Source: Mobula hypostoma
Lineage: Eukaryota
Length of the DNA stretch: 64,000 nucleotides
Direction of reading: 5' to 3'
Assembly: GCF_963921235.1 (NCBI RefSeq)
Contig: NC_086097.1
Location: 64,420,001 to 64,484,000 of the forward strand
A program made the translations under genes and the position numbers. Of the stretch, positions 50,750 to 63,185 are shown one piece after another; the stretch's first letter is position 1, and every line of letters starts with the position of its first letter. The notes under the pieces were generated by a model that was not told the origin of the DNA, ran no database searches, and saw nothing but the letters and a program-made list of their open reading frames with translations.

Positions 50750-51813
50750 GCAATTATATATTTTTTCCTCAAATTATTGAAGTCTTCACTTGCATATTGA
50801 TTTACAGTTACTCAAGTAGATTACTGATTGACTACATAATTCAGAAACTGGGAGTGTGGTGCTGCATTAAAGAACACAAATTTAAACAAGTGTTACTTTT
50901 GAAATCAGTTTCATTGTTTTATTTTTACTTTTATATGTTTCTTGATGTTTTAATTAATTTCAAAGGCCTAATCCAGTTTTGGTGTTTAACTTAATAATGT
51001 GGAAGAATTATGATTGTACTCTGAATTGCATTTCCTTACAGTGTTACTGAATTCTCAATCTCAGTTACAATTCCGTGGGGAAATGCTAAACAGAAAGCCA
51101 GGAGCATGCCTCCATGTGGTGGATGGAGTAAGATGCAGTTTAATGCAACCTTTCTGTATTAACCATAGATAGAACTGACGAAAGTTCTCCAAATAATTTT
51201 TATGTTTGCGATTGCTGGTTTAGTTGGGACAAATGAAGAAGAATAGTTGATAACAAACTTGGGAAGACAACAATGATTTTTAAACCCAACTTCATTTTAC
51301 TCTGACCTTTCTTTGGAAGTAGCTATTGAAATTTTGGGATTTATCTCCTGTAACATTTTAGGTTTCCTGATTAAGTTATTCAAGTGAATCTTTAATGTGT
51401 GGTTTTTGATGGCAATTCAGTAGGCTGTCAATTTTGGCTTTTTTAATTAGCTGAAGTTCTAATCTGGGGAGATTCTCCACCCATTTGTCTTCCAAAGAGA
51501 AATGGAAAAGAATTAGGAATACATTGTCAAAAACAGTGGAAGACTGACCTGTTACAAATGTGATTATATCTGATTTAACCACGTCTATCTGTCTCTCACC
51601 CTCTCTCACCCCCTCTATTGCTCTATGACTTTTAACTTCTCATCCTCTATTTAAGCAAATTTCAGGTGAATGCATTTTTTTTTTGTCTTTTGATATGCAA
51701 CAACATAATTTTGATGCCTGCAATCAAAGTAACTAATCATATCAGAATGCATTGAAAACTTGTAAGAATATATTCCGAATTAAGAAAATAACCTAGATAT
51801 CTGTCTTTTTTAG

Positions 51814-51931
51814 TGCCACAATAACAACCATCAACAATGATGAAGTTTGGTTTAAGAGAACAGACAGCAGCAAGTCAAAACTTTACATTTCTCAGCTGCA
51901 AAAAGGAAAATACACCATCAAACATATGTAG
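51814..51931 (+). CDS. BRMS1L: BRMS1L last coding exon, 118 nt to stop
   Basis: ttttttag acceptor. (S)[38 protein letters not shown] then TAG. This C-terminal extension is characteristic of BRMS1L/SUDS3 and absent from BRMS1. Confidence 0.95.
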
Positions 51932-53560
51932 CTTCATAATTTTTGTGTCAGATATTTTTTTTAAATGAGCTTTTTTTATATGTACAACAATGAAGGTGCT
52001 TTGACATCGGAATTATTGATAATGAAATACAGTTAATTCAATTTATTGAAATATTTGGCTATTAAATGTGTTTAGTCGTAACTGGCAAGGAAAGTTACTT
52101 GAATGAAAATACTTTATATAATGTCACTTTACTGGTTTACTATTTTTCATTGTGCATTTTCTACTTTACTCATTATGAAAACCATGATATTTTTGTTTAT
52201 GAACTGTATACTGTTGAAATCTATCCCTCCCCTTTGCCATTTGGTTCAAATGAGTGGATGGACTTTGTCAATTTTGTGACGTCTGCCTCAAGGTGCTTGA
52301 TTCAAGCCATGCCTGAGACACATAAACTGCCCAAACAATGGACATGCACATTGACTTCTTAAATTTGAGAGAATCAACCAGCACGTAGTTTGACATTGTG
52401 TTTCCTGACACATATTCTGTGAGCTTCTGACGCCATCATATTCATCTAAATGTGGTATCCAATGCTACCAGATAAAATATCTGCTATTCTTCAAATTTCC
52501 ATTTTGTAATCCAGTATCTTGGTGCCCATTGTGGTTGTTTCTGTGGAATGGAACAAAATATTATATACCCAGAATAAATTTGAAAATGCTGTAATATTGA
52601 CAGTAGACCTAAAGTATAGAATGTTTAAAAGAAAATTAGTCATTTCACTTTCACATCTGAATCTTGAGGTTTGCAAATGTAAATACAAGTGGTCCATTTG
52701 GTTGTCACCTGAACATGAAGACTTTACATAATTGAATTGCTTAGATTATTATAATGATTTTTGACATAAGCACTTTTGCTAATGCTAACCTTGGTTGATT
52801 GCATTATGTTTTTAAACAGGTGATGCAATTAAACGTATGGACTCTAATTTTATGAAACTAGACTGAACTTGTTGCCTTCTGTTTTGTATAAAGGCAGTGA
52901 AATTGAGTAAAAGACTTATTTTGGAATGTGGTTTCATATAAATAATTTTAGTTAAATGAATAATTGGTATGTGATGTTAGAAGTTCTGTAATTTTTGCTG
53001 GATGGTACATTCTAGAACATCTGGTGAATGTAGAAAGGCTCTTTACAGATGTAATGTGTCGAGCACAGTGTGAATATTGGAATAGAGCAATTTATGATAT
53101 GATATGGCTTATTTCAATTATTCTCTCAGTCCATACAGTATATCGTACATTTAACAAATTATGTTTCATACCAAGATAATTACTGATTTGGTAACAAACT
53201 CTTGTCTTTATAAATATATCATGGCTTCTAATGAATGTTACCTTTTTTTGGATACGCATTTGAATAAAATGAACACAAAGTTGTATTAGCTAAATACAAA
53301 TCACTCTTGAATAGTCAATATAGCCATTTCATTTCCTTTTAGGCAGGGTGTTGGCTTGCTGGTTTGAGAAGCACCTGGATTTGATTCTATGTAATGTTGT
53401 ATCATGAATTTACAACTTGTATACATTCCTTGGTTTGTGTGCCTGTTGGGATGGTAATTATTTTGCATGAAGATTTTTTTTTAATTTGCAAATGATCATG
53501 AACAGACGTTTTGCTATAAACTATGTGAATCATACCAATAAAAGCATTTTTTCAGGTTGT
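51932..53560 (+). promoter_or_regulatory. BRMS1L: Probable BRMS1L 3' UTR with candidate poly(A) signals
   Basis: AT-rich, TE-poor sequence after the stop. AATAAA occurs at 53263-53268 and 53537-53542, among others; the true end is unknown. Confidence 0.5.
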
Positions 53561-54565
53561 CCTTTTTGAAACCACCTTTCTATGAAGGCAAAGGTCTTTT
53601 AAGGGATTCTAGTAACTAATACTTTTCAAAATCTAGCCTTTACTTACCAATACTAAAACTCTGATGCTTGTCCTGATGTGCATGAAATCACTCCTGTGCT
53701 TATTGACTTGCCCTGATTTATCAGTTCAGGAACTGTTACAGAGAAAAGAAAAGCTTGAACAGTGAGTTCTAGTGATTAGGATCTTGGTATCTGAAAGTAC
53801 AAATATGAATGGTGGACCTTTTTGTTAATAATTACAATATATATATATTGCTGGCAACTGTCCATTCAGAACTGTGTGTAAAAACTGAAGTCCATCCACT
53901 GAGGTATTACTACAATGTTGATGAACCATAAATTTTATAAACTTGAGAGTAATTAATAGTGGGCGGCAATTTACAGTCCAGTAATTCATTTTAGTATTTC
54001 AGAAAGAGGCCCTCTTACAAATCAGTATTAAAATATAAGTTGCTTTTGTACAGTATGTTTTATTGTTGCTTATATTAAAGTAGCAATGTGGATGGGTAAC
54101 ACCAAAGAGGAAGTGCTCAGAACTGCAAGATCATATTAATTATGCTACTATTCAGCTGTACATGAAGTCTTAAAGGAGTCGTATTTAAAAACATTCATCA
54201 TTTCACCAGCTTGTATCCCCCTAAATTATATTTTAATTGAATTAGGTGTAATAAAATGACACTGTCCATGAGAGAAAAACAATCAGCAAATCACTTTAAT
54301 GGTTACCCATTGTCATTGCAAATTAAACAAACCATATTTGGTTGACCTGTATCGGCATCTTTAGCTATTTTTTTTTGTGCTGGCTACTTTCCTAGCAGTT
54401 GCTTTCTGCTGGTTATGGTTATTATTGCAAATTTTAGTTTTGATTGAGGTGTTGGTTGTCAGAACTGAAGCATTTTACTGGAGACGTTGTAGCCAGCCTC
54501 TGGTAATAGGTTTGAACAAACAATTTCTCTTTTAAAAAAAAATAAATGCCTGACTTCTTTCTATG

Positions 54566-55232
54566 AAACGCACACAAAATACTGGAGGAACTCAACAGGC
54601 CAGGCAGCATCTATGGAAATGAATAAATTTGCTGGAGTTGTCAATTGTGTCCAGTGCTCCCAATGCAGCCTGTCTACATTGGTGAGATGGTTTATATCTA
54701 AATTGGGGGACTGCTTCGTTGAGCATCTCTGCTCCGTCTATGAAAAGCAGAACTTCCCAGTGGCCAAACATTTTAATTCTGATTCCCATTCCTGTTCCGT
54801 CACGTTGGTCCATGGCCTCATGTGCTCCTTTGGTTTTTAAAAAAAGATTACCTTCCCCCTCCCCTCATCTTCTATTCCTAGTTTTGGCCTCTTGTCTCTT
54901 CTCACCTGCCTATCACCTCCCCTTGGGTCCCCTCTTCATTCCCCTTCCCCTATGGTCCACTCTCCTCTCCTATCAGATTCCTTCCTCTCCAGCCTTTTAT
55001 CTTTCCTACTCATCTGGCTTCACCTATCACTTTCTAGCTCTCCTCGCCCCCCCCCCCCCGCCACCACCACCTTATTTCCTCTCTTCCTTTCCAATCCTGA
55101 AGAAGGGTACCTGTATTGATCCAGACAACTGACTGTTTATTAATTTCCATAGATACTGCCTGACCTGTTGAGTTCTTCCAGCATTTTGTATGTGTTGCTT
55201 TGGATTTCCCACATCTGCAGATTTTCTCATGT
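54566..55232 (+). mobile_element. Decayed Penelope-like element with inverted 5' pLTR piece
   Basis: GVVNCVQCSQCSL...LGDCFVEHLCSV...PVAKHFNS; inverted arms 54570-54620 / 55143-55197. Confidence 0.8.
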
Positions 55233-56661
55233 TTATTCTTTCTATGAAAGTGCAAAACCTTCATAAACCTTTTGGTGGCACTAAAATCTGATGGGAATGA
55301 AGATGTAGGTGACAAATAATTTGTCTTTTTTAGAATAATTAATATGCAGATTCTGCAGTCACTGTTTTGAAAAATATTGAGCAAAAACAATTTTTTCAAA
55401 AATTGTAATGGGAAAGGTGTTGCTTGGTGGCTTCTCAATATTCAATATAGGTTCACATGAGAATAAATAGGAGCTGAAGACGGATGATTTTGTGCACTAT
55501 TGCAGACACTATCATGAAACGCAGTTGACTGTTTTCTAAAGACACTAAATATCTAAGTTAATTCAAGTATTTGCAGGTACAAAATTATAATTACCTCGGA
55601 AACTGGATAAGTATTTGATATTTATTTCCATCTTAAGGGTTCAAAAGATGAGCAAAGAACATTTGCAATATTTCTAATTTTGGACATTTTTATTTGTAAC
55701 TATGAAAATAAAATTCTCTTAATGATTATGAGCTAAATCAAAAATAGGTGTTAATTGAAAAACTAACCAAAGTAATATAATCTGACCTAATTCATCTTTC
55801 CCCTAGTTTTTCAATCTAAATTTATCATAAAATCAGGCATTTCTCAGCTCATACACAAAATAACCCAAAAATGAGTAGAAAGCTTGATAATGTGAGTAGT
55901 GGCTTCAGAGTATAATGCAAAAAAAGTCTTTCATATTAAAATGATTTAATATTTCAATGTTACTCTTCTAAAGCAAGGTTACAAGGGGAAACTTTAGTTG
56001 TTATATTCTATGTCTCATTTTACATATTAGAAAATCTAATGTGTATGCTGTATTCTTAGATCCTCTCTCCCAGTCTCAGTAAATTGTTCTTTGAAAATAA
56101 AGACATTAATAACATCAACTACACCGGAATAGTACCATGTATAATATTAAATCCCAGCAAATTCTTAATAACATTTTCCTTATCATCTCAATAATGAATA
56201 CGTGTTTCTAAATGGTTGCAATAATAATAAATGCTTGTTAATAATATTACAAGATACCATTTATGGATATGGAATTAAGTGGAAATTATGAATCTCAGAA
56301 TGCAATATTTTCTAAAGTATATTTCACTTTGAAAGAGCATTAGTAGCCAAATTTGGATAGTACTGGCTCAGTCCACCTGCCGGAGTAGCTTCGTGCAGCC
56401 CACCCATGTAATTACAATGAATCAAGCATCTCACTGCCCTTATGCACTGAGTTCAAAACATGCTCTTAATGGCAACATGGCCATGTGATGCAGTAAGGAG
56501 GCCTTCCCATCAAAACATCCCTGCTTACTAAAGTTGGGGGGCATTAACAGACTGCATTAGCTATCAATTATCTTTTTTAAAATGACATTTAAAGCCATTT
56601 AAAATATAAAAGTTGTTAAAGCTATCACTGTAGTGGGCTATGTTTCAAATAATGATGACCG

Positions 56662-57285
56662 TAAGGCATAGGAGCAGAATTAGGTCATTTAGCCCATCAA
56701 GACTGCTTTGCCATTCTATCATAGGTGTTTTATTTTCCCTGTCAATCCCATTCACTTGCCTTCTCCCTGTAGTAATTGAAACATTTACTAATTAAGACGC
56801 TTACTTACCTATCAACCTTCACTTTAAATATACGCAAAGACATGGCATCACAGCTGTCTGTAGGAATGAATTCTGCAGATTTACCACTCCCTAATGCAAC
56901 TCCTAATCTCTGACCTAAAGGGACGTCCTTCTATACTGAGGATGTGCACTCAGGTCCTAGACTCCCCCACTGTAGGAAATATCCTCTCTACATCCACTCT
57001 TTCTAGGCCTTGTAACAACTGGTAGGTTTCAATGAGATCCCCCTCCCACCCCATTCTTCCAAGCTCCAGTGATAACAGGCTCTGAGCCATCACACACTCT
57101 TCATACACTAACTCTTTCGTTCCATGGATCATTCTTGTGAATCTCCTCTGCACCCTTTCCAATGCCTGCACCTCCTTTCTTAGATAAGTGTCCCAGAACT
57201 GCTCATAATGCTCCAAATGCAGTCTGACCAATACCACATGAAGCATCAGAATTACAGCTTTGGTTTTGGATTCTAGTTCTTTTGA
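56662..57285 (-). mobile_element. CR1 3' fragment
   Basis: LVRLHLEHYEQFWDTYLRKEVQALERVQRRFTRMI. Confidence 0.8.
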
Positions 57286-57286
57286 A

Positions 57287-58300
57287 ATTAAGTTCAAGTT
57301 TATTGTCATTCAATGACAATGTGTACCACCAAATGTAATAAAATGAAATAAAATTCCCCTCGGGTCAAGATACACAACACAGTACATATTACTTTGTGTG
57401 TTATGTGTGAGCTATATTCCCACAAATAATAAGATGCATTTATAACATGTTAAAAAGTAAACAGCATAATGCTACTGGCACTTCATACATGAAGAGACCT
57501 GGGTGGTAGCTGGGAATTAAATAGTTTCATAGCCTGGGGAAGAAGCTGTTTCATTTTCTAACACTCCCCGTCCCAATGCTATGGTACCTCCTGCCTAATA
57601 GTAGGGAGTCGAAGATATTGTTGTAATTTCTCATTGACAATGCTAAGTGCCCAGCATACGTAGCACTCCTGATAAATATCTCGAATGGGTGAAAGAGATC
57701 TCAATGATCCTCTCAACAGTCCTCCCAATCCTTTATCGGATCTTGCAATTCCCATACCAGATGGTGATGCAGCCTGTCAGGACATTCTCAATGATGCCTC
57801 TATAATAATTGGTTAGAATGGTGGGAAGGGGTGTCTCTGCTTGCCTCAATTTCCTCAGGAAGTGAAGATGCTGCTGGGCTTTCTTCACTAAAGAGGTGGC
57901 ATTGAGGGACCTGCTGAGATTGTCCATTACGTGCACTCCCAGAAACCTGCTGCTCCTAATTCTCTCAATGGAGGAGCTGTTTATGTGCAGTGTGGAGCGG
58001 TCAGTTTGCACCTTCCTAAAGTCTACAATCATCTCTTTAGTCTTTAGTCTTGTCTATGTTGTGCTTGCACCATTCTACCATCTACTCTATCTCCTCTACG
58101 CTGTCTTGACATCGTTGTAAGTGAGGTCAACCACTATTGTGTCATCAGTGAACTTGATTCGATTTGAACTGGATCGAGCAGTACAGTCATGCATCGGCAG
58201 TGTGAACAGCAGCATACTGAGTACACATCTCTAGAGAGGACCGTCGCTCAGCATAAAGGCGCTAGAGACGTTGATGCCAATAAGGGCTGTTGGGGATCAT
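57287..58300 (-). mobile_element. Rex1/L2-like LINE 3' fragment
   Basis: MIVDFRK...FLGVHVMDNLS...KKAQQHLHFLRKLR; (AACTTG)n tail on the minus strand. Confidence 0.75.
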
Positions 58301-58304
58301 TTTG

Positions 58305-58858
58305 TCAAGCATCTCTGGTCCATCCACAAAGAGTGAAATGTCCTGGTGGCCAACCACTTTAATTCCTATCCCTGTTCCCAGTCCAACATGTCAGTCCACG
58401 GCCTCAACTTTTGCCATGATGAGGCCGCTCTCTGGGTGGAGGAGCAACACCTCACATCCTGTCTAGGTAGCCTCCAATTTGTTGAAAGGAGCATTGATTT
58501 CTCCTTCAAGTAGAATCTCCCCTTCTTCCCTCTTCTTCTATTCCCCACTTTGGCCTCTAAGATCTTCTCCTCATCTGCCTATCACCTCCCCCTAGTGCCT
58601 CTCATCCTTCCCTTTCTGCTATGGTTCACACTCCTATCGGATTCCCTCTTCTCCAGCCCTTTAACTTCCCCACACACCTGGCTTCACCTATCATCTTCTA
58701 GCTAGTCCTCCTTCTCTTCCACCCACCTTTTATTCTGGAGCCTTTCCCCTTCCTTTCCAGTCCTGAAGAAGGGTCTTGCCCAAAACATTGACTGTTTATT
58801 CATTTCCATAAATGCTGCCAGACCTGCTGAGCTCCTCCAGCATTTTATATGTATTGCT
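58305..58858 (+). mobile_element. Decayed Penelope-like 3' end and pLTR
   Basis: Matches 3500-4090; CAGTC-CTGAAGA-AGGG...ATTGACTG. Confidence 0.78.
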
Positions 58859-58989
58859 AAGGACTGACTGTAGGTTTTCTGTCAAAAAGTCCAAAATCCT
58901 GTTACAGGGAGAGGTGTTGAGAACCAATAAGGTCAATTAACCCACCAGCTTATGAGGCTATGATGAAATGAACGCTAACATTGTACTTG

Positions 58990-61145
58990 TCTTACAACCA
59001 ACCCAACCTGCACTAGGACTCCCAAGTCCATTTGTACCTCTGATTTCTGAATTTACTCCCTGTTAAGAGAGAAATCTATGCATTTGTTCCTTCTAGCAAA
59101 TTGCAAGACCATACACTTCCCAACTCTGTATTCCATGTGCATTTACTTGCCCAGTCTCCTGAACTTTCCAAATCCTTCTGCAGATTCCTACTTTCTCAAC
59201 ACTACCTGCCTTTCCACCTGTTTTGTATCATAGAACCTAAAGTCATACAGCATAGAAACAGGACCTTTGTCCCATATAGTCCGTGCTGAACTGTTTTTCT
59301 GCCAGATCTATTGACCTGCACCTAGACCATAGCTTACCATTCCCCTCCTATTCATGCACGTATCCAAACTTAAATGTTGAAATTGACACCGCTTCCACCA
59401 TTTCTGCTGGAAGCCCATTCCACACTCTCACCACCCTCTGAGTGAAGAATTTCTTCCTCATGTTCCCCTTAAACATTTTGGCTTTCACCCTTAACCCATT
59501 ACCTCTGGTTCTATTCTCACCCAACTCCAGTGCAAAAAACCTGTTTGCATTTACCCTATCTAATACCACTCATAATTTTATAATATCTCTCTCAAATCTC
59601 CACTCACTCCCCTACACTCCAGGGAATAAAGTCCTAACATGTTCAAACTTTCCCTATTATTCAGGTCCTCAAGTCCTGCCAGCATCATTGTAAATTTTCT
59701 CTATTCTCCATCAACCTTATTGATAACTTTCCTGTAGGTAGCTGATCAAAATTGCACACAACACTACAATCAGTTTGTGAACTAAGTTTGCAGACTGATG
59801 TGTAATGTGAACTAGGCTTCACCTTTATCCATAATATCCCAACTTCTGTTCTCAGTACTTTGATTTATGAAGGCAAATGCACTAAAAGCTTTATTTATGA
59901 CACAATACATCCATGATACTTTCAAGGAATTATTGATCTGTGTACCCAGATCCCTCAGCTCTATCGCACTCTACAGTATCCTACTGTTCACTGTATTAGT
60001 CCTAACTTGGTTTGTCCTCCCAAAGTGCAACACCTTACACTTGTCTGTATTAAATTCCATCTGCCATTTTTCAGCCCTTTTTCCCAGCTGGTCCAAATCC
60101 CATAGTAAACTTTGCAACATAGTGATCAATTCTGTTATCCAGATCAATAACAAGTGAAAGATAGTGGACCCAACACTGATGACTATGGAACATAAGTAGT
60201 CACTCGCAGCCAACCAGAAAAGGCCTCTTTTATTTGCATTCTTTGTCTTCTGCAAGGCAATCAATTTTCTATCCATGTTAGTAGTATCTTTCTCGTTATA
60301 CCATGGACTTTTGTGTTGCCTCATGAGCAGTACCTTGCCAAAATCCAAGTAAACAACATTCATTGACTCTCTTTGCCTATCCTGCCTGTTGTTTCTTCAA
60401 AGAATTCCAACAGATTTGTCAGGCAAGATATCCTCTTAAGGAAACTGTGCTGACTTTTGCCTATTTTATCATATGCCTCCAATTATGCCATAACCTCATA
60501 CTTAATCTTGCCAACCAGTGAAGTCAGGCTAACTGGCCTATAATTTCCTATCTTTGTCTCCTCCCTTCTTAGAGAGTGAAGAGACATTTGCAATTTTTCA
60601 GTTCTCCGGAACCATTCCAGAATCTAGTGAAAGATCACTTATAATACTTCCACAATCTCTTCAACTACCTTCAGTAGTCCAGCTGGTCCAAGTGGTTTAT
60701 CTACCTTCAGACCTTTCAGCTTTCAAAGCACTATCTTTTCAGTATTAACGACTACACTCACTTCTGCCCCCTGACACTCTCAAATTTCTGGGGTACTGCT
60801 GGTATCTTCCACAGGGAAGACAGACACAAAATACTTATTCTGTTCATTCGCCATTTCTTTGTACCCCGTTACTTCCTCTCCAGCGTTATTTTCCAGTCCA
60901 CTGACGTCCGTTTTGCCTTTCGTTAACTCTTTATGTATATGAATAAAAACTTTTAGTATCAACTTTCATATTATTGTTTAGCTTCCCTTAATATTTCATC
61001 TTTTCTCTCCTTATTCCTTCTTCAGTTGCCTTCTATTGTTTTTTTAAGGTAAAGATTCTTTTACCTTAAGCTTCACTATCAAATCTGGTTCATTACACAA
61101 CACCCTTTCCCTAGTTGGTTCTAAAACCAACTCTAAAAAGACTTC
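58990..61145 (-). mobile_element. Nested decayed CR1 copies
   Basis: AEKWQMEFNTDKCKVLHFGRTN, FKGNMRKKFFTQRVVRVWNGLP, GYKEMANEQNKYFVSVF. Confidence 0.8.
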
Positions 61146-61275
61146 TCATAGCTGAATATAGGAAGGAGGTATAGAACCTAGTGACATGGTGTCATTACAA
61201 TAGAAAACAGAAGTGCTGGTCATAGATTTCAGGAAGTGGGGAGGTGGTACATGCTCTTTTTATTATATCATTGAT

Positions 61276-62015
61276 CAAGTTTAAATTCAGATTTAGTTAT
61301 CATTCAGCCATGAATACAGCCAAATGAAACAGTGGTTCTCTAGGACAAAGGTCCAAAACATTGTTACCAACAACTATACACAGCACAGGGCACATAAAGC
61401 ACATATAAGATAACAGTAAACATACAGTCACACAAGGAAATAGCCCAAGTCCCTGAGTGACATGTTCTATAAATTGATGGTGCATGGATGCTGTCAGCAA
61501 GAACAAGCCCTCAGCAGTCCGCAGACGAATGCATGCACATACACAATCCAGCTTGTTTTCCACAGAGTGAACACTGGAGGATGGCAGTGGCAGAGAGGCC
61601 AGCCTCCAATCCAACATGGCCGCTGTGCCACTTTGCCTCTGGCTCCTCCTCTCCTGGAAATCTGTAACAGGCAAGCGCGGGGCATGAGGCCCAGTCCTCG
61701 TTGTAACCAAGGCCACGCAGCTCCCCTGCCATCAGTCTTGTTAATAAACCAGTGAAACCGATGTGCTGTATTTTGCATTGCCAATGTCCAACGGGATCTT
61801 GCGATCATAAGAAAAATGTTCAAGATAACCACTCGCTGTTAGACTGCACACTGACTCTGATGCCTTTCTGTAGTAGGCAGCAACACGGTTCGCACCAAGT
61901 CCAGCTCCTCCATGAACAAATGACTTGCTGATGGAGTAGACCCACAGTATCTGAAGTTCTTAATGTTCAGCATTGTCTTGTAATTGTAAAAAAGGCATTT
62001 AAAATACACTTTGGT
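61276..62015 (-). mobile_element. Non-autonomous retroposon (family B copy)
   Basis: Aligns with 25718-26410 (CATTCAGCCAT...AATACAGCCAAATGAAACAG; GAAGTTCTTAATGTTCAGCA). Confidence 0.65.
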
Positions 62016-62311
62016 TGAGAGCTTCAATTTCCTAGGAATGAACATCACCAGTAACCTGGCCTGATCCAACCACATTGACACCATGGTCAAGGAAACATAC
62101 CAACACCTCTACTCTACTCTACTCCCCCAAGAAGGTTAAAGAAATCTGGCAAATTAGTTAGCTCCATCATGGGTACTAGCCTGTGCAGTATCCAAAACAT
62201 CTTCAAGGAGAGGTGCCTTTTCACTTTGTTAGTATTCAAAAATAAAATTAAGCAAAAACATTCGAGTAAAGCAAAATAATTCAATAAAGTAATTTGCATT
62301 TTTCTTTGCAA

Positions 62312-63078
62312 TATGCACAAATTGCTGGAGGATCTCAGTAGGTGAGGCATAATCAACGGGGGGGGGGGGGACGGACAGTCAATGTTTCATGCCAAGACCT
62401 TTCTGATCCTTCATCAGGACTGGAAAAGAATGAGGCAGAGGAAGAGCGCACACTGGCAGTTGATAGATGAGTCTGGGCAAGAAGGGAAAAGTGGAATGAT
62501 GGGGGAGGGGAGTGATAGGGAGTGATATAAGAAGCTAGGAACTGATAGTTGGAAGAGGCAAAGGCCTGAAGAGGAAGTAAGCTAGTAAGAGAAGACTATA
62601 GAGGAATAAAGGGAAGAAGGTGGGAAACAAAAGCAAATTGATGGGCATGTCATCAGGGTCAGGGAGGGGAAGAGAAGAACTGAGGGGGCTAGAGGAATGA
62701 GGGAAAATAAAGGGGTTGGGAGAACAAGGGAAACAGAGGAGAGTTGTTACCCGAAAAGAGAGAAATCGATCTTGCTGCGTTCAGATTGTAGACTACCAAG
62801 CAGGAGTATGAGGTGTTGCTCCTCTATGGCCTCATCATGGCAGTAGAGGGGCTGTGGACAGACGTGTCAGTGTGAGAATGAGAAGTGGAATCGAAATGGC
62901 GAGTCACCATGAGATCCTGGCTGTTGCAGCAGACAGAGCAAAGGGTCCTGATGTACAATCTCGGCCCGAAACACTGACTGTTCATTTCCCTCCATAGATG
63001 CTGCCTGAGCTGCTGAGTTCCTCCAGCATTTTGTGTGTGTTGCTCAAGATTTCCAGCATCCACAGAATCTCTGGTGTC
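62312..63078 (-). mobile_element. Penelope-like element, minus strand, with inverted pLTR piece
   Basis: VTRHFDSTSHSHTDTSVH on the minus strand; pLTR pieces at 62312-62425 (minus) and 62958-63078 (plus). Confidence 0.75.
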
Positions 63079-63185
63079 TCCCTGTTGCATTTTCTCGATA
63101 GATGTTACCAACCCCATTGAAATTTATGGAGTCTTGCAGCCTTGGTGTAATCTAGTACAATATTAAAGAGGCTATTCCAAGAGAA

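Noticed and set aside
980..51931. Calling the gene BRMS1 or SUDS3
   Set aside because: The N-terminal [10 protein letters not shown]...EKQF matches BRMS1/BRMS1L, and the C-terminal RSEDGRL.YDGEWY...[13 protein letters not shown] extension points to BRMS1L.
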